Virus record (IMG/VR): IMGVR_UViG_2548876950_000007
Reading direction: 5' to 3' (one strand)
Origin: a virus
Taxonomy: Duplodnaviria; Heunggongvirae; Uroviricota; Caudoviricetes
Length of the DNA: 39,531 nucleotides
The notes beneath the pieces were generated by a model. That model searched no databases and was not told the DNA's origin. It saw nothing but the letters and a program-made list of their open reading frames with translations. This document shows, in pieces, positions 1 through 10,093 of the stretch; the stretch's first letter is position 1, and each line of letters begins with the position of its first letter. Both the position numbers and the translations under genes were made by a program.

Positions 1-30
1 CGTGCTCAACAGGGGGATCTTTTCACCGCT

Positions 31-56
31 TGTGCCAAGTTCTCTTAAACCAAGGT
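31..56. other. cix-type crossover site for the Cin invertase (26 bp, two 12-bp half-sites around a central AA)
   Basis: ttctcttaaacc-AA-ggtttaggattg fits the hix/gix/cix half-site pattern (TT.TC.TAAACC) and abuts the 3' end of cin; the window starts just inside the presumed invertible segment. Confidence 0.5.
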
Positions 57-617
57 TTAGGATTGAAATGATGACGCCGGAAACTTCTTATAAAGCGTGG
101 AAACAGCCACATCATAGATGATTGCAACCTGCTTACGGGGGATGCCCTTCTCGAGCAATCGCCGCATTTGCTGCCATGTTTCTTCTTGGTATTTAGGCCG
201 ACGCCCACCTATACGACCTTCTGCGCGAGCTGCATCAAGTCCAGCGCGTGTACGTTCAACGATAAGCTCACGTTCCATTTCTGCCAGCGCCCCCATTACG
301 TGAAAGAAAAAGCGCCCCATTGGTGTACTGGTGTCGATGGAGTCAGTGAGACTCCGGAAGTTAATGCCTCTGTCACGCAGCTCTTCCACCAGCACAACTA
401 AGTGACGCATGCTGCGCCCAAGACGATCTAACTTCCATACGACTAGGGTGTCACCTCTGGAAAGCATACGGAGAACCTTTTTTAACCCAGGGCGTTCAGC
501 CTTTTTGCCGCTCGCCTTGTCCTCAAAAATTAGCTCACATCCTGCGCTTTCAAGGGCATTTCGTTGTAAAGCAGTGTTTTGTTCATTTGTTGATACGCGT
601 ACATAGCCAATTAACAT
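57..617 (-). CDS. cin: serine-recombinase DNA invertase Cin (186 aa)
   Basis: N-terminal MLIGYVRVSTNEQ...LDRLGRS resolvase/invertase catalytic domain and C-terminal HTH; Hin/Gin/Cin family; size matches P1 Cin. Confidence 0.9.
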   Translation of the reverse strand: MLIGYVRVSTNEQNTALQRNALESAGCELIFEDKASGKKAERPGLKKVLRMLSRGDTLVVWKLDRLGRSMRHLVVLVEELRDRGINFRSLTDSIDTSTPMGRFFFHVMGALAEMERELIVERTRAGLDAARAEGRIGGRRPKYQEETWQQMRRLLEKGIPRKQVAIIYDVAVSTLYKKFPASSFQS

Positions 618-675
618 ATTTTCTGCTCACCATAGTTATTCATAGCAAGCTGCGGATTTTAATTAACAGAAACCA

Positions 676-1026
676 GTGTGTGTGGAAATCACAAAGTGCA
701 TACCGTGCCCCAATGATGTTTTATTGAAAAGCGGGGTTACTTTAATGTTTGATTTAACCATATTTTTTATAACCATCCTTGGAGGCGTGCATTCGTTTCT
801 GAATGGGGTTCGTGAAAAACGTTACGAAGCGTCATGCAGGCAATTGATGGCCGAGTGTATTGCTGCCGTACTTGCAGGCTTTATAGGCATGTATTTCGCG
901 GAATATAAGGGTATGGATGAAAGTCTTCAGAATTGCGTGACTATTATTTGCAGCATCAATAACAGGCTCATTCTTGAAAAGTTACAAAGGATTATCGATT
1001 CGTACCTCAATAGAAATGCCTCTTAA
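676..1026 (+). CDS. small membrane protein, holin-like; first gene of the lysis/dar operon (true start may be the internal ATG near 745)
   Basis: ORF with two hydrophobic segments, co-oriented and upstream of the holin/antiholin pair. Confidence 0.4.
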   Translation: MCVEITKCIPCPNDVLLKSGVTLMFDLTIFFITILGGVHSFLNGVREKRYEASCRQLMAECIAAVLAGFIGMYFAEYKGMDESLQNCVTIICSINNRLILEKLQRIIDSYLNRNAS

Positions 1027-1093
1027 GCAACAAATGACCGATTGAGAAGTTACTTTGCATACCATTACCTCCTGACAACGTAGGAGGGAACTT

Positions 1094-1423
1094 GTGCTTG
1101 ACACACAGGAATTAGCTCCAGTTGCTATTGCGCTCCTGCTTTCAGTAATTGGTGGGATAGGCACGTTCCTGATGGATGTCCGAGACGGTCGCCAGTCTGG
1201 CAATTTGTTGGGATTGGTTACGGAGATCTTTGTTGCAGTGACAGCTGGCGCGGTGGCGTACCTATTGGGGCAACACGAGGGCTGGGAGTTATCAATTACG
1301 TACTTAATGGTAACGATAGCCAGCAATAACGGTCATGAGGTGATTTCAGGGATGAAACGAGTGAATATCGATAGCATTCTGAATGTTCTTACAAGTTTGG
1401 TGAAAAAGGGAGGCGGGAAATGA
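1094..1423 (+). CDS. lydA: holin (LydA-like, 109 aa), GTG start
   Basis: GTG start preceded by AGGAGGG SD (1083-1089); two predicted transmembrane segments; size and position match P1 lydA from memory. Confidence 0.5.
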   Translation: MLDTQELAPVAIALLLSVIGGIGTFLMDVRDGRQSGNLLGLVTEIFVAVTAGAVAYLLGQHEGWELSITYLMVTIASNNGHEVISGMKRVNIDSILNVLTSLVKKGGGK

Positions 1424-1863
1424 TTGGCTGGGGTGTATGCGTTCTTGCGTTAGCCTTAGCCGATCGCTATTTGCTAAAACGCAAGGACATCACGCATTTA
1501 GAACTTGGTGATGTGGAAATTAAACCGGGTTTCATCCGGGTGCCGTTCAAATACCGGTCTAAATTCCCGTTTTTGCGCGGCGCAACGGTCAGATATTGGA
1601 TCCGCGATGTTCAGAAGCCGACGACAGTGATTGAAGGCGAACAACGTTGTCTGACGTCGGCTGAACAGGGCGAAAACAGTGAATGGTTGTACATACCCAC
1701 TGAATATATGGGTAAAGGAGAGCGACTGTGGCATTTCAACGTCATGGTTACGCATGGCGACTCGTTCATTAACCCGTTGTATCGGATTTTCCCTGTTACT
1801 CAGCAAATCCGCAGAAGTTACGTAATAAATCTCGCACAGGATGTGTCAGATGACGAAAAATAA
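1420..1863 (+). CDS. lydB: antiholin (LydB-like, 147 aa)
   Basis: ATGA start/stop overlap with the preceding holin gene; size and synteny with P1 lydB. Confidence 0.5.
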   Translation: MIGWGVCVLALALADRYLLKRKDITHLELGDVEIKPGFIRVPFKYRSKFPFLRGATVRYWIRDVQKPTTVIEGEQRCLTSAEQGENSEWLYIPTEYMGKGERLWHFNVMVTHGDSFINPLYRIFPVTQQIRRSYVINLAQDVSDDEK

Positions 1864-2452
1864 GTATGCAACGGTCGATTTTGACCAGGTTAATGAAAAG
1901 GGGCTGAAATCCCTTATCGCGGCGATCAATAAAACCGGGGTTACGGTAATTGAGGTTGACTCCAGCAACCGCGCAACAACGAAAGATGGCGTTAAAGTTA
2001 AAACCGCAAAGCTGGTTCTTAACGACGGACAAATCCTTGCCATACAGGTAAACGATACTGGCGATATATCGTCTGTGAAACTGAATGGAAAAGCTATTCC
2101 TAACGCTCAGTCGCCGGATATCAAGACGCTTGGTACCGTCATGGGACAGGCGGCCCGCAAAAACTCCGCAAAATTCCAGAAATCACTGATCGCCAAAGCG
2201 AAGCGTGTAGCCAATCCGGTAGACAAGAAACCGGCAGTTAAATCCAACTTTCAGCGCCTGCAAGAAGCAAAACAGCGGAATGCTCAGGTGGTTGCCGCTT
2301 ATAAGTCCGCGCAGAATTCGGTGTCTTTCAATCAACAGCAGATCACTGATTTGCGGGCGAAGCTGGATAAGGAGACAGGCCGACTCAATAACGAAAAGGC
2401 CCGAAATGGCGAACTCAAACGCCGTCTTAAGCAACTGAAAGCAGGAAATTAA
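1841..2452 (+). CDS. hdf: Hdf, homolog of a DarA fragment (about 200 aa; start 1841 or 1850)
   Basis: Shares the KNSAKFQ segment and a 21-nt near-identical stretch with darA (2159-2179 vs 3057-3077); lies directly upstream of darA. Confidence 0.6.
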   Translation: MCQMTKNKYATVDFDQVNEKGLKSLIAAINKTGVTVIEVDSSNRATTKDGVKVKTAKLVLNDGQILAIQVNDTGDISSVKLNGKAIPNAQSPDIKTLGTVMGQAARKNSAKFQKSLIAKAKRVANPVDKKPAVKSNFQRLQEAKQRNAQVVAAYKSAQNSVSFNQQQITDLRAKLDKETGRLNNEKARNGELKRRLKQLKAGN

Positions 2453-2453
2453 C

Positions 2454-4373
2454 ATGGAACAGTTCAATATCAATAAAGGGGTGACGATCAAGCCTGGGCT
2501 TGACGTGCTTCCCCCGCCAGTGACTGATGATGAATATCGCGCATTAATGGCCGGTGAGGACCGCTATCTGATGACGGAATCCAACACCCTGGAGGAAATC
2601 GAGGCTACGTTCTTCTATGACACGCCGATCCACTGGTGTGCTACGGATTTACTGGAGGCGATTAGTTCTACTCGTTTGCAGTTACACCGGACCATGCAGG
2701 CATTTGTCCGGGCATTGAACCAGAAGCTGAATGGTACCGGAATCTCTGCGGGGAGTGATAAAACGGGGGATGTGGCCCAGAGCGGCGCGCGCGCGATCGG
2801 CGGCGCTGAAATTGGCCGGGCACGTAACGTTAACGGGCTGCCGGTCTTGCCAGCCATTATTCCGCTCAGTGATGGTCAGACTATCAGCATTCTGTTTCAT
2901 AGCCCGACAGCGGAAAACCGGATCACCAATAGCGATACGCTGGTTGCTTTCCAGTTCTTACTGAATAAAAAAGACGTTACTCACACAGTTGCTCCGATGA
3001 GTGGACGTGATATGACGCTGGCGCAGGTCACCATGAAACTTGCCAACCTTGCAGAGAAAAACTCGGCAAAATTCCAGCGTGCGCAGAAGAAGAAAAAAGC
3101 CCTTGTTGATGAAATAACCCAACTACAGGCTGACAGTGACCAGAAAGAGGATGCCATGAGCGACCTCGTGGATCAGGTGGCAGCGGTAGAAGGGCAGAAG
3201 GCAGATCTGGAGCAGAAAATTAACGCTGTTGCATCGGAAGCGGATTCTCTTTATGAAGAGAATGAGCGTTTGCAGACGGAGATTGATCAGCTCAATCGCA
3301 CTGGTGGGCGCGATACCATTGCTCCTGCGGGGATGACTGGTGGACACTCTCGCGCGATGATGGATCGCCTTGCCAGTATCAAAAATCGTATGCATATGAA
3401 CGGGGAAGTGACGCTCAGTAATGGTGCATCAATGAAGCAATTCATTGAGGACGGCGAAGGGTATATCCAGTTAACCGATTCGGATGGCAGCGTGTACATG
3501 ATCAAGGCTAAATCCATACAGGGTGTGGACATGGCAGATGCGATCGGCAAGCTGTTTAAAGCCTATAAAGCGGGTAATGTATCGGAATACCTGGTCCAAC
3601 CAGAAGAACATAAACCGGAAAACGTCGAACCTGAACCAGCGGAGGATACCGGTAGCTCTTCGCCTGAACCAGAAGTCTCTGTAGGGGCATATCGATATGC
3701 CCTGCAAATGCGTCCGGCGGCCCCTGGCGCAATACCTGAAGGTAACAAAGCAATTCTGCCGCGCCCTGATGAAGGTGACCCGTATTATGAATATGCACGC
3801 TACGGCATTGCTACTTACGATACCCCGCTTTCTGATCAGCAAATGAGTGAGTACGACCTGAAGTTATTGCCTCGCGAGGATTCTTTCGACTTCCTGGCGA
3901 AGACACTTACTAATGGTCCGTTTGGCAAATATGCACAAAAAGCTCTGGAGCTGGCCACCAGCTCACCAGACGAGTTCCGCGTAATGCTGAAAACTCAGTT
4001 TCAAAAAACTTTCCCCAATATTGCGTTTCCGGGGGGCGCTGGCACCGAGAAAATGGTGCAGAGCATGATCAATGCATTGCAGGCCGAAGTCGGTGAGATT
4101 ACTCAGCCAGAACCTGCCCCGGCACAGCCTGATGAAACGGTTAGCGAAGCAGATGTAGAGGCTAATAAAGCCATTGAATATCTCAATAACGTGATGGATA
4201 TGCAAAGCACTGACATGGCGGAGATCCGTAACGCCCGGGGTAATGTCCGGGAAGCGATTGCAGCCCTTCAGGCTGCCGGGCGTTTTGAGGAAAACGAAGA
4301 GCTGGTTAATGGCGCTGCTCGCCACCTGGCTGATCTGCTGGTAGCAATCCAGAAAGCGGGGGTAGCGGCATGA
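2454..4373 (+). CDS. darA: DarA, virion internal protein of the Dar anti-restriction system (639 aa)
   Basis: Size, coiled-coil-rich sequence and operon position hdf-darA-ddrA-ddrB as in P1. Confidence 0.75.
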   Translation: MEQFNINKGVTIKPGLDVLPPPVTDDEYRALMAGEDRYLMTESNTLEEIEATFFYDTPIHWCATDLLEAISSTRLQLHRTMQAFVRALNQKLNGTGISAGSDKTGDVAQSGARAIGGAEIGRARNVNGLPVLPAIIPLSDGQTISILFHSPTAENRITNSDTLVAFQFLLNKKDVTHTVAPMSGRDMTLAQVTMKLANLAEKNSAKFQRAQKKKKALVDEITQLQADSDQKEDAMSDLVDQVAAVEGQKADLEQKINAVASEADSLYEENERLQTEIDQLNRTGGRDTIAPAGMTGGHSRAMMDRLASIKNRMHMNGEVTLSNGASMKQFIEDGEGYIQLTDSDGSVYMIKAKSIQGVDMADAIGKLFKAYKAGNVSEYLVQPEEHKPENVEPEPAEDTGSSSPEPEVSVGAYRYALQMRPAAPGAIPEGNKAILPRPDEGDPYYEYARYGIATYDTPLSDQQMSEYDLKLLPREDSFDFLAKTLTNGPFGKYAQKALELATSSPDEFRVMLKTQFQKTFPNIAFPGGAGTEKMVQSMINALQAEVGEITQPEPAPAQPDETVSEADVEANKAIEYLNNVMDMQSTDMAEIRNARGNVREAIAALQAAGRFEENEELVNGAARHLADLLVAIQKAGVAA

Positions 4374-4735
4374 CACTATCAGCTATTGAGTTAATGGACC
4401 TCAGCGACAAGTTGGATTCTCTGATGTCCAAAGCTGCTACCGCGAGTGGCATGGAGTTGCTGGATATCAGCGATGAAATTGACCAGATCATGCAACAGAT
4501 GGGGTACGGCGCGTCCGGCGGTGGTAGTGGCGAGGAAAAACAACCTTCGGAACATGATGGTGTGCCAAAACTGGTTGCTGATTTCCTGGCTGATAAATTC
4601 GTCGATCAGAGCACAGATGCATTTATCGGTACCTTGCAGGACTTGAGTCAATATGTTGGCACATACATCGACCTGGACCAGGTTAAACAGCACACGGCGG
4701 CATGGATAGCCGCCAACATTGAAGAGGCAGCATAA
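4370..4735 (+). CDS. ddrA: DdrA (121 aa)
   Basis: ATGA overlap with the darA stop; size and synteny. Confidence 0.55.
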   Translation: MTLSAIELMDLSDKLDSLMSKAATASGMELLDISDEIDQIMQQMGYGASGGGSGEEKQPSEHDGVPKLVADFLADKFVDQSTDAFIGTLQDLSQYVGTYIDLDQVKQHTAAWIAANIEEAA

Positions 4736-4747
4736 GGCGTAACAGGG

Positions 4748-7735
4748 ATGAGCTTAAGCGATCAGGTGGTAATTGCCACCAGCATAGAAACGCTGATCGA
4801 GCTGCTTAAGAACCTGCCCGATTATGGGCGGGTTTCGTATGTGGTGACAGCGAAGGGAGACGAGGTAAAAACAGCGTTTGATATCGTCGATGCCTCAGCT
4901 CTTTTGGTATCCAATACTCTGGATGGGAAAATTAATCCTGACTATCCCCAGGAACTTCAGCCGCGCGACCGGACCCGCGCATCCAGCCTTCTTCAGGTTA
5001 ACCAGATATCCAAAGATTTGCGGCCTGCTCAGCTTACCGATTCCGGTTTATCCAGCCATGGCGCGCCGATAATTGGTGAGGACAATGCCGTTGAGTCAGG
5101 TAATGGACGGACCATGGGAATCATTAAAGCCTATCAGGACGGCAATGCGGATCGGTATCGTGAGTACCTGATTGAACATGCGACCGAATTCGGCATACGA
5201 CCTGAAAAGGTTGAATCAATGACGGCTCCTGTACTGGTGCGCCGCCGGTTAACTAAGGTTGACCGCGTTCAGTTTGCCAAGGACTCAAATATTTCTGATC
5301 TTCAGGAAATGGCAGCCAGTGAAAAGGCTTTTGTTGATGCCGACAGCATAACACCGGCGATGATGGCGCTGTTTAATCCGTCAGAAAGCGGAGATCTGCT
5401 TAGCCGCAGTAATGACGCGTTTATTCGCGGATTCATGACGCAAGTTGGTGCCACACAGGCTGCTGGCCTTGTAACGGAAGATGGGCGACCAACGCGGCAA
5501 CTTGTTGACCGTATACAAAACGCGATCTTTGCCAAGGCATATAAGGATGCGCGCCTGGTAAGGATGGTTGCAGAAGAACCTGATCCGGATATGCGTAATG
5601 TTCTGACGGCGCTTAATGCGGCAGCCAATGATTTTGTCCAGATGCAGGCTTTATCAGGAGAAGCGCACAAGCAGGCTGTGACAACTATTGTTGATGGCAT
5701 TGAGACAGCGGATAGCCTCGATAAAAAGGCGCTGGCGGCATTGAAAGATGCGGTAGACCTGGTAAGGCAATCGAAGGAGTCAGGCCAGCATATTACCGAT
5801 GTTATTGCTCAGGGGGATATGTTCAGCGAAACGGCCCCGGAAGTGAAAGCACTCGCGTTGTTCATCGTCGCGAATAACCGTAGCGCGAAGCGTATGGCCA
5901 CCGCCTTTAAGTTGATGGCGCAACGTATCAATGATGAGTTACAGCACCAGGGCCAGGCGCTCGGGGATATGTTTGGCGGCGGCGATGTGTCGTTACAGGA
6001 TATCCTTCGCCAAGTATCTCAGGAACTGGAAAACGAAGGTATGCAAGGGATATCTGGCGGTCTTTTCGAGTCAGCTTCTGGCGGTAGTTACAACGGTGTT
6101 GCTCCATATACCAGCTTGCTATTACATCGGGCATCCGGCATCAAAGACATTATTCATCTGATCAGGCTGCTTTCCCGTACAGATCCCCAGGATGAACAGC
6201 TTGTTCAAGTGCTTGCGCATTTTGTTCGAATGCCTGTTGCCGACGTGAAAAAATGGTGCCGATTATTCGGTATCAGCAATTCGTTACTTCGCGGCTTGTT
6301 AAATCACGCATCCTCCCTTGGGCGCGATGGCTTTGACGAGATAGCGCAGGCGATAAAAAACGGAGATATGCCACCAGCTATTGACTGGTTTTCCATTCGC
6401 CCAACCAGGGTGAAAGCATTCCTTAGCGCGGCGCATTCGGCATCACCATTGGCAGAAATGGTTCAGAGGTTGTCGCTCATATTCACAGACCATACCGCGT
6501 TGGGTGATCTGACTCTGGACGAGATGAAAGAAGCCTCCATTCAGTGGGCCGATCAACAAAATGAGGTTAACTCTGACTTCTTGCCAGCATTCAGGAAGGC
6601 CGTTAGTAAAGCGGATGATGCCCGTGGAATTCTGAAGGCATTTAAGGCATTGCAAAGTCGGGTTAATAAACATGTCGGTGATATCGATGGGGTAACGGCG
6701 GAAGGCAGGGATATCCTTAAAGAGCACGGCATAACGCCAGAGTTTATTGATGAGATCAGGACGGATATGCAGCGTGAGGTCGTATCGTCCCTGCAAATCG
6801 TAGCCAGAGCGTTGGCGGATGCTAATCCGAAGAGTGCGGCCATTGTTAACCGGGTTATTGGTGATATTGAAGCATCGGAGGGCATGGGGGCGCTGAAACT
6901 CTTCCTTTCGCGAGCGTTTAATCCTAACGGCAATATTCTCCCTGGCATTATTGGTGAGGCTAAAAGGTATGTCAGTGAAGAAGAACTTGAGCAGCTTGAC
7001 CAACTACTTAAGCGATTCTCATATAACCCGCAGACACGCTGGCAAATGAATCAGCGAAGTATGGGTTCGGTCCACGAGAAAGTGTTATCTGCCATGAACA
7101 GTGCGATCGCAAACTCATCCGTATCTGAAGAAAAAGCTCTTGAGTGGGCCGACTCTTTTATCACGGAAGAAGTGGAAGAAGCCCGCGCTGGACAGAATGG
7201 TGGGATAGACCTGCGCAAGGAACTTGCTGATATTTATCGCCTGACCGGCGGTAAAATTTCGACCTTATCAAAGGTGGTTCACCACCAGGGAAGGGCATAT
7301 GCAAATCTTAATGGTGTTGTTGCTGTCAATTTGAACGATGAAAATGCAAGTGCACTGTGGCACGAGCTGGGTCATCATCTTGAGTACAGTAACCCTGGTT
7401 TGTTAGAGAAAGCCCGGTCATTCCTGAAGGCCAATGTTGAAGGGGATAAGCCATCTTTCGTTAATATCGGTGGGCGTGGCAAGCCTGAATGGTGCTTCAG
7501 ATCTCGATTGAGTAATATTTATATGGCGAAGGTATACCCGCCAGCCTTAGTGAGTAATTCCGGGAAAATTCGGCAGAAATCACCGACTATTTCCAAAACG
7601 TCAGCAACGGAAGTATTCTCTATGGCTCTTCAGTTGTATCATGACAAAGAGGCCACTGCCGCATCACTGATGAATGGTGACGGATTGCTGGAACTGTTAT
7701 TAGGTGTGGCAAAGGAGCTAAATAATGCAGATTAA
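4748..7735 (+). CDS. ddrB: DdrB (995 aa), large Dar-operon protein
   Basis: Single 995-aa ORF downstream of ddrA; size and synteny with P1. Confidence 0.6.
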   Translation: MSLSDQVVIATSIETLIELLKNLPDYGRVSYVVTAKGDEVKTAFDIVDASALLVSNTLDGKINPDYPQELQPRDRTRASSLLQVNQISKDLRPAQLTDSGLSSHGAPIIGEDNAVESGNGRTMGIIKAYQDGNADRYREYLIEHATEFGIRPEKVESMTAPVLVRRRLTKVDRVQFAKDSNISDLQEMAASEKAFVDADSITPAMMALFNPSESGDLLSRSNDAFIRGFMTQVGATQAAGLVTEDGRPTRQLVDRIQNAIFAKAYKDARLVRMVAEEPDPDMRNVLTALNAAANDFVQMQALSGEAHKQAVTTIVDGIETADSLDKKALAALKDAVDLVRQSKESGQHITDVIAQGDMFSETAPEVKALALFIVANNRSAKRMATAFKLMAQRINDELQHQGQALGDMFGGGDVSLQDILRQVSQELENEGMQGISGGLFESASGGSYNGVAPYTSLLLHRASGIKDIIHLIRLLSRTDPQDEQLVQVLAHFVRMPVADVKKWCRLFGISNSLLRGLLNHASSLGRDGFDEIAQAIKNGDMPPAIDWFSIRPTRVKAFLSAAHSASPLAEMVQRLSLIFTDHTALGDLTLDEMKEASIQWADQQNEVNSDFLPAFRKAVSKADDARGILKAFKALQSRVNKHVGDIDGVTAEGRDILKEHGITPEFIDEIRTDMQREVVSSLQIVARALADANPKSAAIVNRVIGDIEASEGMGALKLFLSRAFNPNGNILPGIIGEAKRYVSEEELEQLDQLLKRFSYNPQTRWQMNQRSMGSVHEKVLSAMNSAIANSSVSEEKALEWADSFITEEVEEARAGQNGGIDLRKELADIYRLTGGKISTLSKVVHHQGRAYANLNGVVAVNLNDENASALWHELGHHLEYSNPGLLEKARSFLKANVEGDKPSFVNIGGRGKPEWCFRSRLSNIYMAKVYPPALVSNSGKIRQKSPTISKTSATEVFSMALQLYHDKEATAASLMNGDGLLELLLGVAKELNNAD

Positions 7736-8030
7736 AATCGCAGCGCCATTAGGCGGAGATGCCATTATCGAATTTGATGATAATGAAGAAGTTTCCGGGC
7801 GTTTAAGCATTATCTCCGGTAACATTACCGAGGACATGATCGCTGAAGCCATAGCTGGGGCAAATCCCAATAGCTATATGGGATTCGTTAACACCCTTGA
7901 TGCTCCCGCAAGTGATGTTCTCCGAACGCTGCATCTTTACGCTGGCTGGTTTGTTGATTGGCCAGCAGTAGAGGGTGGCGATGAGGACGACGATGATTTC
8001 GGTGACAATATTAATCAGATTATATTTTAA
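7725..8030 (+). CDS. hxr: Hxr-like small acidic protein (101 aa)
   Basis: Overlaps the ddrB stop; size and synteny. Confidence 0.45.
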   Translation: MQIKIAAPLGGDAIIEFDDNEEVSGRLSIISGNITEDMIAEAIAGANPNSYMGFVNTLDAPASDVLRTLHLYAGWFVDWPAVEGGDEDDDDFGDNINQIIF

Positions 8031-8189
8031 CCCATATGAGATATAATCGTTCTAATGGCATAAAGTTAGATTGTTCTTATATTCGACTTTGTGCCATCAT
8101 TAGGACTAATCATTTAGGGGTTCTTTTAGGTAGAAATTTAGCAATACATGTTTAGTATGGCAATATTTTCTAAAGGAGTTAGGTAAAAA

Positions 8190-9068
8190 GTGAAAAGAAT
8201 TATTCCTGATAAAAAATGGTTAAAAGAAGAAAGCAGTAAGCGACAAGTGCCATCAGAATGTCCCTATGCAAATTCATATCGATGTCCTAGATATCACGAA
8301 AGTGTTATTTTGTTCTCACAGATGCAAATGATTGATGGCATGTCATATAATAAAGAGAAGGAGTTGAAACAGTTCTGGGAGAGAACCGACCTCTCTTCTT
8401 TATGTAATGGAGAAACCCCGTTGGTCTCAAAAAATGATAAAGGCGGGATTTTCTCTATAGATAATTTCTGTCCAGAAATATCGTTTAGATATTTAGGTTA
8501 CTATGCAGACTATATGCTGAGATACATTGATGAAGATGCTCACACTATAGGGTATGGCATAGCTAAAAGAGATCAGAAAGAAAATGATTGGAAGTATGAT
8601 TGGTCCGAGGTCAATGCTGTTTTCTATGAGGATTGTTACCTCTTTGAGAGAGTTAAACAATTCAATAAAGAACTTCATGATAGTTTCTTTAAAAGACTAC
8701 ATCCGAATATTGTAATGCAAATAAGTAGAATGGATAAGTGTTTGGACTCAAATGACCCAACCGGTGTTTTGCATGCGGCATCTAATATTCTAGAAACAAT
8801 GGCTAAAGAAATATTAGATGATCCAAATGTATTAAATAAATCGTTTGGCTCTTTTTTTGAGAAGTTTAAAAAAGAGTCAAAGTTGCCGTTAGGGTTTATT
8901 AATGCAGTTAAAGATATTTATGACTTACGTAATAAAATACCTACTGCTGGTCATGGGGGGGTGGGGATGCCTGGGTTATCTTTATCTGATGCCATAATGA
9001 TTGCTGCATCAACAAAGGCTATTGTAGAGATTGAGTACAGAAACATTGATGTGGCTGCTATTGATTGA
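8190..9068 (+). CDS. hypothetical protein (292 aa), AT-rich, at the position of P1 isaA; GTG start
   Basis: About 35% GC against roughly 48-50% for flanking genes; SD AAGGAG at 8173-8178; four N-terminal Cys; C-terminal LRNKIPTAGH motif. Confidence 0.5.
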   Translation: MKRIIPDKKWLKEESSKRQVPSECPYANSYRCPRYHESVILFSQMQMIDGMSYNKEKELKQFWERTDLSSLCNGETPLVSKNDKGGIFSIDNFCPEISFRYLGYYADYMLRYIDEDAHTIGYGIAKRDQKENDWKYDWSEVNAVFYEDCYLFERVKQFNKELHDSFFKRLHPNIVMQISRMDKCLDSNDPTGVLHAASNILETMAKEILDDPNVLNKSFGSFFEKFKKESKLPLGFINAVKDIYDLRNKIPTAGHGGVGMPGLSLSDAIMIAASTKAIVEIEYRNIDVAAID

Positions 9069-9108
9069 GCTAATATAGCGAGGTTCCTTTTTGTATCGTT
9101 CGAATTAT

Positions 9109-9126
9109 CCCCGCCTGTCGGCGGGG
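9109..9126. terminator. bidirectional hairpin between convergent genes
   Basis: ccccgcc-tgtc-ggcgggg, perfect 7-bp GC stem; corresponds to where P1 carries IS1 (from memory). Confidence 0.5.
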
Positions 9127-9132
9127 TATAAC

Positions 9133-9915
9133 TTAATCACTTTCTACCTCTTCCGTTGAGTTTTCCAATGCTGCGCGACACAATTTCCTGGCATTGGTTA
9201 TAGCCACACTTTTTACCTCATCCGTCATTGTGCAGGTAATGTACTGATCGAGTTCTTCAGCTCGGATGATGCTTTTCCCAATCATAAACTCTATTTGCCA
9301 GAGCAGATCGGCATCCATCGTCAGTATTTCAGCCTGGCCTTCTGGGCCTGCGGGGAAGCAAACATAAGACTGTTTGCCCAGGCCGATAACTCGACAACTT
9401 GCTTCAAGAATTGCACGCTTGAGGTCTGACTTTGTAACTGAAACAGGTTGATTTTCACCTGTGATTACGCCGTTGGCATGGACGTGGAAGGGCATGTAGC
9501 TTGAAATTCGCTCTACTTTCCATACGCCAGCAAGCGATCCTTCATGCAGCACAATGGGGGTAACCGCGAGTTTCATCTCACCATATAACTGCTGGCAGAT
9601 AGCTGGATTGCTGAATACATCCAAAGGTTCACACTCAAACAGCGGTGCAATCTGCATGAGGTCCATCATGGTCATACCAGGGGTACGAGCAGTAATGAAT
9701 CTGCGCATTCCAGTATCCATTGTGCGCCAGATAGCTACACCATGCTTTTTGCTCACTTCTTCAGTAAAGCCAAGGTGGCACATGATGGTTTTTTCGATAG
9801 CCAGATCAGAGATAGAAACCTTTTCGCCTGGCACGCCATCATTATTGATGGTCACTTCGACACTCTGGCCATTACGTAGGCGGTATTGAATGGTTTTAGT
9901 ATTTTGTGCTGTCAT
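9133..9915 (-). CDS. hypothetical protein (260 aa), at the position of P1 isaB
   Basis: Intact ORF convergent with the 292-aa gene; backbone-like composition. Confidence 0.45.
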   Translation of the reverse strand: MTAQNTKTIQYRLRNGQSVEVTINNDGVPGEKVSISDLAIEKTIMCHLGFTEEVSKKHGVAIWRTMDTGMRRFITARTPGMTMMDLMQIAPLFECEPLDVFSNPAICQQLYGEMKLAVTPIVLHEGSLAGVWKVERISSYMPFHVHANGVITGENQPVSVTKSDLKRAILEASCRVIGLGKQSYVCFPAGPEGQAEILTMDADLLWQIEFMIGKSIIRAEELDQYITCTMTDEVKSVAITNARKLCRAALENSTEEVESD

Positions 9916-10093
9916 AGTCTTTTCTCTGCTTAAAAACTGATGTATTGCGCCTTCAGGTTGGTTAGGAATGTTTTCCCACCAGCGAAAGCAATATCTCGGG
10001 GTGTTCTATTCGTTAAAATCGCGTGCCATTGCCAACTTTGGCGTTTTTTAGCGAGTTCGTGCTTTTGTTGGCGCCTGGACCACCGCTTTTCTT

